A stretch of DNA of 64,000 nt from an uncultured delta proteobacterium (GTDB lineage Bacteria; Desulfobacterota; Syntrophorhabdia; Syntrophorhabdales; WCHB1-27): NCBI GenBank assembly GCA_963810935.1, contig CAWEPK010000008.1, positions 32,001 through 96,000 on the forward strand. Reading direction: 5' to 3'. This document shows positions 58,786 to 64,000 of this stretch, one piece after another. The notes beneath the pieces were generated by a model. The model had not been told where the DNA came from. It saw only the letters and a program-made list of their open reading frames with translations, and did no database searches. Within the stretch, counting starts at the first letter, position 1. Each line of letters starts with the position of its first letter. Both the position numbers and the translations under genes were made by a program.

Positions 58786-58801
58786 CGGTATGACTATTGC
58801 A
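58786..58801 (+). promoter_or_regulatory. sigma54 promoter of the flgF operon
   Basis: CGGTAT-N5-TTGCA. Confidence 0.65.
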
Positions 58802-58812
58802 TAAGCGATGGT

Positions 58813-59544
58813 ATGTTGACCGGCATCTTCACCACACTAAGCGGAAAGACAGCGAGCGAAAAGAAGCTCGACATCATCGCCAATAATGTGGCAAACGCCC
58901 TTACTCCAGGCTACAAGAGCATAGAGGCGGCCTTCGCGACTACCACCCTTGATGATGGCACGGAGCCCGACCAGGTGCCGGTGAACTATGTCAATATTCC
59001 CACTTCCTATACACAGTTTTCTGACGGGCCCCTCATCAATAGTGGGAACCCTCTCGATCTGGGCCTGGAGGGGAACGGCTTTTTCGCGGTGACGACGCAG
59101 GGTGGGACGATGTACACGAGGAACGGCCAGTTCCAGCTCGACGCCACGGGAAGGCTCGTCACGCACGACGGGAACTCAGTTCAGAGCCAGGGCGGCGGCG
59201 ATATCACCGTCCCGGGGGGCGGCAAGGACGTCAGGATCGGAGGCGACGGCTCAGTCTACGTCGATAAGCTTTTCGTGGACAGGCTGAAGATAGCTGACTT
59301 CCAGAACAAGCAGGACCTGAAAAGCACAGGGGGAAGTCTCTTCGTGAATGCGAACCCCAGTAACCAGGAGACCCCGGCGGAGCATTACGTCCTGCACCAG
59401 GGCGCTTACGAGTCGTCGAATGTCGATGTAATGAAGTCGATGGTGCAGATCATTACCGTGTTGAGGGCCTACGAATCGTATGCAAAGGTGGACCAGTCGT
59501 CGAGCGACATGCTTGGAAAGCTGATCGATCTGGGAAAATTCTAG
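58813..59544 (+). CDS. flgF: flagellar rod protein
   Basis: ANN.AN..TPGYK, YTRNG.F, QG..E.SNV; precedes flgG. Confidence 0.9.
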   Translation: MLTGIFTTLSGKTASEKKLDIIANNVANALTPGYKSIEAAFATTTLDDGTEPDQVPVNYVNIPTSYTQFSDGPLINSGNPLDLGLEGNGFFAVTTQGGTMYTRNGQFQLDATGRLVTHDGNSVQSQGGGDITVPGGGKDVRIGGDGSVYVDKLFVDRLKIADFQNKQDLKSTGGSLFVNANPSNQETPAEHYVLHQGAYESSNVDVMKSMVQIITVLRAYESYAKVDQSSSDMLGKLIDLGKF

Positions 59545-59552
59545 GAGGAGTT

Positions 59553-60344
59553 ATGCTAAGGGCTTTGTGGACCGCCAGCACAGGCATGAATGTGCAGCAG
59601 ACGAACCTCGACGTGATCGCGAACAATATCGCGAACGTCAATACGACCGCATTCAAGGCAAGCAGGGCCACGTTCCAGGACCTGATGTACCAGACGATGC
59701 GTCTCATGGGCACGAAGACCGAGCAGGGCAACCAGGTTCCGACCGGCATCCAAATAGGGCACGGTGCGAAGCTGGCCGCCGTCCAGAAGCAATTCACCCA
59801 GGGGGATTACCAGCAGACGGGGAACCAGCTCGACCTCGCTATCGAGGGGAGCGGCTTCCTGCAGATCCAGTTGCCATCGGGCGAGCTTGCCTATACCAAG
59901 GCCGGCTCGTTCCAGCAGGACGCCGAGGGCAGGATATGCACGTCTGACGGATATCTCCTCGACCCGAGCATCACTGTTCCCCAGACGGCCACGGCCGTCA
60001 CCATAGCGAATGACGGCACCGTCTCCGTGCAGTCGCAGAATCAGACGGCGCTCCAGCAGATTGGCACTCTCAACCTCTGGACCTTCCCGAACGTCGCCGG
60101 ATTGAACGCAATAGGCAAGAACCTCTACCAACCGACGGACGCCAGCGGGGCCGCCCTGTCGGGGACGCCCGGCCAGAACGGATTCGGTACGGTCCTTCAG
60201 GGGTACCTTGAGCTGTCTAACGTCAACGTCATGCAGGAGATGATCAACCTCATTATAGGACAGAGGGCATATGAAGCCAACTCAAAGGCAATCCAGGCGG
60301 CCGACCAGATGCTACAGATCTCGAATAATGTCAGGCAGTCGTAA
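59553..60344 (+). CDS. flgG: distal rod protein
   Basis: TGM..QQ..LDVIANN.ANVNT, FQDL.YQ, QRAYE.NSK. Confidence 0.95.
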   Translation: MLRALWTASTGMNVQQTNLDVIANNIANVNTTAFKASRATFQDLMYQTMRLMGTKTEQGNQVPTGIQIGHGAKLAAVQKQFTQGDYQQTGNQLDLAIEGSGFLQIQLPSGELAYTKAGSFQQDAEGRICTSDGYLLDPSITVPQTATAVTIANDGTVSVQSQNQTALQQIGTLNLWTFPNVAGLNAIGKNLYQPTDASGAALSGTPGQNGFGTVLQGYLELSNVNVMQEMINLIIGQRAYEANSKAIQAADQMLQISNNVRQS

Positions 60345-61018
60345 GGGGGTCTTTCTTCCGGCCCTTCTTCTCGTCGCGGGCCTTCTTTTCGCACAGGGGC
60401 TCCAGGCGGGGACCGTAGAGTCGGAAGTGACCGCTTTCGTTAAGCAGATATACCGGGACAACGAGGTCAAGGTCACGTTTTCCGGCCTGCCTCCGCAGGC
60501 CCAGGGGGACGTGCCCGTTAAAAACATCGGTTTCAGCAAGGTGCCCGACATGGGCGGCGACGGCATTTGCATGGTGGCCATAGAGAGCAGGAACGGCAAG
60601 GACGCGAGTGTATACGTGCCGTTTCGGGTGCTCGTCAAGCGATCGCTCTATATCACCAAGCGCAACATAGGTAAGGGGGACGTCATCCACCTTGCAGATT
60701 TGTCGATAAGGGAGAGCTACCTGAACGGAGCGACTGCCAACTATCCGGTCGGGGTAGACGACGTAGTGGGCAAGGGAGCAAAGAAAGAGATAGCGGCCGG
60801 CGCCGTCCTTACGACGCAGGTCCTGGAGTCCGCCGTGGCGGTGCAAAAGGGAGAGGCGGTCAACGTAACGGCGGAGAACAAGAGGCTGACCGTCCAGGGG
60901 AAGGGCACTGCCCTGGAAAAAGGTAAGCTGGGCGACCTTATTAAGATAAAAAGCCAGGGCGGCAAAGAGGCTCGTCGGCAAAGTAACTGGAAATAATTCC
61001 GTGGCGGTGGAGTTTTGA
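60328..61018 (+). CDS. flgA: P-ring chaperone, +1 frameshift near 60970
   Basis: Signal peptide, SAF-like region, V.KG..V, G.ALE.G..GD.I; alternate frame supplies LVGKVTGNNSVAVEF*. Confidence 0.85.
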
Positions 61019-61722
61019 AGAGAGAAGCGATATCGTCCGTAACAGCCGTCTGCCTGCTTTTCCTCGGAGGCTGCATCTCCATAGAGCCCTCGAAGATAGC
61101 TAACGAGCCCCAGACCATCTCGAAGACTTTCAAGGCAACGCCCCCGAAACCCGTCTTTCCGGACGCGAACAACGGGGCCGTGGCGCAGGGAAGGATGAGC
61201 GGACTTTTCGCCGACCAGAAGGCGCGCAACGTGGGTGACGTCCTGACGGTCAATATCGTCGAGGTCTCCCAGGCATCCGAGAGCGCCACTACGGCGACGA
61301 CGAGGAAATCGCAGACCGTCGCCCAGGTCAGCGGCCTCTTCGGCATGGAGAACCATGCCACCGGCCCGTGGAAAAACCTGGGCAACATCATCAACACGAA
61401 CACGCCCAACAATGATTTCACGGGGACGGGGCAGACGACGCGCCAGGGCTCGTTGTCGGCAACCATAACGGCCAGGGTGATGGACGTGATGCCCAACGGC
61501 AACCTCGCCATCGAGGGCAAGCGTGAGATATACGTGAACAACGAGAAGAAGGAGATACTCCTCCAGGGCGTAGTGAGACCGAAGGACATCGCCTTCAACA
61601 ATACGATATCATCCACCCAGGTAGCCGACGCGAAGGTCATTTATACGGGCATAGGTGTGCTCGCAGAGAAACAGAGACCGGGCTGGGGCGCGAGGCTGTT
61701 CGATTTCGTATGGCCCTTCTGA
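61015..61722 (+). CDS. flgH: L-ring lipoprotein
   Basis: LGGC lipobox, LF.D.KA..VGD, PNGNL.IEG, GVVRP.DI, WPF. Confidence 0.95.
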   Translation: MKREAISSVTAVCLLFLGGCISIEPSKIANEPQTISKTFKATPPKPVFPDANNGAVAQGRMSGLFADQKARNVGDVLTVNIVEVSQASESATTATTRKSQTVAQVSGLFGMENHATGPWKNLGNIINTNTPNNDFTGTGQTTRQGSLSATITARVMDVMPNGNLAIEGKREIYVNNEKKEILLQGVVRPKDIAFNNTISSTQVADAKVIYTGIGVLAEKQRPGWGARLFDFVWPF

Positions 61723-61731
61723 CGGGAAGGC

Positions 61732-62903
61732 ATGCATTGGAGGCGCAGCGTGGGTAAGTCAGAAAACGGGAAAATCGGTCGGGCAGGACGGTCGCACGGG
61801 CTTCGTGCGCTCTTCGCCGCCGCCCTCTGCGGCCTCGCCCTCGTCGCGGCCTCACCGCGCGATTGCCTCTCTGCGAGGATCAAGGACATCGCGTACATCA
61901 ACGGCGTGAGGCCCAACATGCTTATCGGCTACGGCCTCGTGGTGGGGCTAAAACGCACAGGCGATAAGGTGCAGACGATCTTCACCACACAATCCCTCGC
62001 CAACATGTTGGAAAAAATGGGGATAACGGTCGACCCTACGGCCACCAAGGTCAATAACGTGGCCGCGGTCATGGTAACGGCCGAGCTGCCCGCTTTCGCG
62101 AAAGCGGGCAACAAGATCGATGCGACGGTCTCTTCCGCCGGGGACGCGATGAGCCTGGAGGGCGGGGTGCTGCTTATGACCCAGCTCAAAGGGACGGACG
62201 GCCAGGTCTACGCAATCGCCCAGGGAGCAATCACAGTCGGAGGCTTTGCGGCAGCCGGAGCCGCCGCCTCGGTTTCTAAGAACCACCCGACCGTCGGCAG
62301 AATCACGAACGGCGCTATAGTCGAGCGGGAGATCGAGTATCCGGCCATGAAAGGCGAGACGCTGACGATCAGCCTCAAGAAGGCCGATTTCACGAACGCT
62401 CGCAAGCTAGCCGAGCGCATCAACGGCCGTTTCTCCGGCTGCGCGGTGTCAAAGGATGGCGGTACGGTCGTCCTTTCCGTGCCCGAGGAGTGCGGGAAGA
62501 CCCGGTCTCCTTCCTGTCCATCGTGGAAAACCTCGACATCAAGCTCGAGTACCAGGCAAAGATCGTCGTGGACGAAAAAACAGGCACCGTCGTGATCGGT
62601 GAAGACGTGAAGATCGCGTCGGTGGCCATATCGCACGGCAATATAAGCGTCCAGATCAAGGAGACGAAGAACGTGAGCCAACCCCTTCCTTTCTCGAGGG
62701 GCGGACAGACGGTAGTCACGCCCGAGACCGAGCTGCGGGTGGAAGAGGACAAGGGGCATTGGTATTACATGGAGGAAGGGACGAGCATAAGGGAGCTCGT
62801 CAACGCCCTTAACGCAATAGGGGTTTCGACGAGAGACGTCATAATCATCCTCCAGACCATAAAAGCGGCCGGCGCGCTTACCGCCGAGCTGGAAGTCATT
62901 TGA
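61732..62903 (+). CDS. flgI: P-ring protein, frameshifted near 62490
   Basis: RIKDI...G.R.N.LIGYGLVVGL..TGD, NVAAVMVTA; second frame TGTVVIG, LNAIG, AGAL.AEL. Confidence 0.9.
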
Positions 62904-62904
62904 G

Positions 62905-63228
62905 GTGTCCGGTATGGATAGCGCGATAAAGACCGACCCTTCCGACCTGGGATTGAAACCCGTAAGCATCAGCCCCGAGAGGAAGAAATCGATGGAAAAG
63001 GCGGCGGAGGGTTTCGAGTCCTACTTTATATTCAGCATGCTGAAGGAAATGGGCAAGACAGCCAGCTTCACGCAGAAGAGCTACACGGAAGAGACCGAAA
63101 TGTCGATTTTTTATGAAAAGGCGTCCGAATTCATGGCCAAAAAGGGCATAGGCATAAAAGAGGTTATAACACGATACCTGACAAGGAACGATGCTAAAGT
63201 TTTCAGTGGAAACGGCGAACATAAATAA
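62905..63228 (+). CDS. flgJ: rod-binding FlgJ (no muramidase domain)
   Basis: KAA..FES.F...MLKEM, GIGI; follows flgI. Confidence 0.8.
   Translation: MSGMDSAIKTDPSDLGLKPVSISPERKKSMEKAAEGFESYFIFSMLKEMGKTASFTQKSYTEETEMSIFYEKASEFMAKKGIGIKEVITRYLTRNDAKVFSGNGEHK
63195..63221 (+). promoter_or_regulatory. sigma28 promoter upstream of flgM
   Basis: TAAAGTTT-N11-GGCGAACA. Confidence 0.65.
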
Positions 63229-63245
63229 GCAGGAGGTATTTATCT

Positions 63246-63554
63246 ATGAAGATTGATAACAATAAACAAGTAGTCCTGCTTAACAACCTTACAAAGCCTT
63301 CCTCCACCAACGGCGGAAAAGGCGCAGGCAGCGACGGCTCGCAGACCGTCACCGACTCCGGGGACAAAGTCGAGCTCTCCGGCTGGAAGGGCGGGGTGGC
63401 GAACCTGACCGCGCAGGCGGCGGCGCTCCCCGACGTTGACGAGGAAAAGGTCGCAAGGGTTAAGCAGGCAATCGAATCAGGGACTTACAACGCGAGCGGC
63501 AAGTTGGTTGCACGCGCCATGATCAAGAGCAACCTGCTGGACGAGACACTGTGA
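63246..63554 (+). CDS. flgM: anti-sigma28 factor
   Basis: DKVELS, EKV..VK.AI.SG.Y. Confidence 0.9.
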   Translation: MKIDNNKQVVLLNNLTKPSSTNGGKGAGSDGSQTVTDSGDKVELSGWKGGVANLTAQAAALPDVDEEKVARVKQAIESGTYNASGKLVARAMIKSNLLDETL

Positions 63555-63555
63555 T

Positions 63556-63975
63556 ATGGAACGTGAAGGGCTGACAGGTCTGGAACAACAGGAGCTTTCC
63601 GCTCTGGGTGATTTCCTCAAGGCGCTCACCGCAGAGAGGGACGCCATAATCTCCTTTTCCCTGGAAGGCATAGTGCGCGAGAACAACAGGAAAGAAGAGA
63701 TACTGAAGCGGCTCGAGTACATCGAGACCGAGAAGGAAAAGCTCCTTGCCTCACCCGACAACGGCCACGGCCCCCAAGAAGCGCCGGGGCCGCTCGCCGA
63801 CAAAATCCAGGGCAAGGTCAGAGAGGTCCGGACGGCGCTCGACAAGAACATGCGCCTCCTCTCGTTTTCCATGGACCACGTCAAATCATCTCTGGAAAAG
63901 GTCGTCGAATTCATTAACAGGACTTCCTACCAGAAGGGCAGGACCATATCCGTGATGGTGTCGAGGCAGGTATAG
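63556..63975 (+). CDS. flgN: flagellar export chaperone
   Basis: Coiled-coil protein after flgM; N..LL pattern. Confidence 0.75.
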   Translation: MEREGLTGLEQQELSALGDFLKALTAERDAIISFSLEGIVRENNRKEEILKRLEYIETEKEKLLASPDNGHGPQEAPGPLADKIQGKVREVRTALDKNMRLLSFSMDHVKSSLEKVVEFINRTSYQKGRTISVMVSRQV

Positions 63976-64000
63976 TGTCGATAGCATCAATACTCAATAT
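63975..64000 (+). CDS. flgK: probable 5' end of hook-associated protein 1 (truncated by window)
   Basis: GTG overlapping the flgN stop, MSIASILN...; based mainly on gene order. Confidence 0.4.

Noticed and set aside
1..64000. CRISPR arrays, transposases, prophage or defence genes
   Set aside because: No regularly spaced direct repeats or recognisable such ORFs.

Overview
Bacterial window of roughly 60% GC. Gene content resembles anaerobic Desulfobacterota/deltaproteobacteria (inference). The left ~27 kb is mixed: an OprB/MnoP-type porin and a convergent mgtA-PTS IIA operon, two DVU_1555/1557-like redox genes with a short class II ribonucleotide reductase, a Zn-dependent dehydrogenase, a glycosyltransferase/methyltransferase pair, a LarA homolog with a split UxaA/SuyAB-type lyase, csp, purM, rodZ-like, ruvCAB, yebC, tRNA-Val(CAC), AlkD-like, cheX, a sigma54 activator and a radical SAM gene. 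The right ~37 kb is a large flagellar and chemotaxis cluster (flgS/flgR-like pair, flgBC-fliEFGHIJK-flgDE, fliLMNOPQR-flhBA-flhG-fliA, cheB-HEAT-cheR-cheY-cheA-cheW, flgFGAHIJMN, start of flgK). The best finding is a pair of unannotated 26-27 aa leader peptides that both begin MEDDPGG (22 identical nt). Each lies between a sigma70 promoter and either mgtA or the porin, and both share a long-range RNA pairing. This suggests an MgtL-like translation-sensing Mg2+ regulon that includes an outer-membrane porin. Cis-elements also outline a tiered flagellar promoter hierarchy. Many small frameshifts are probably assembly errors.
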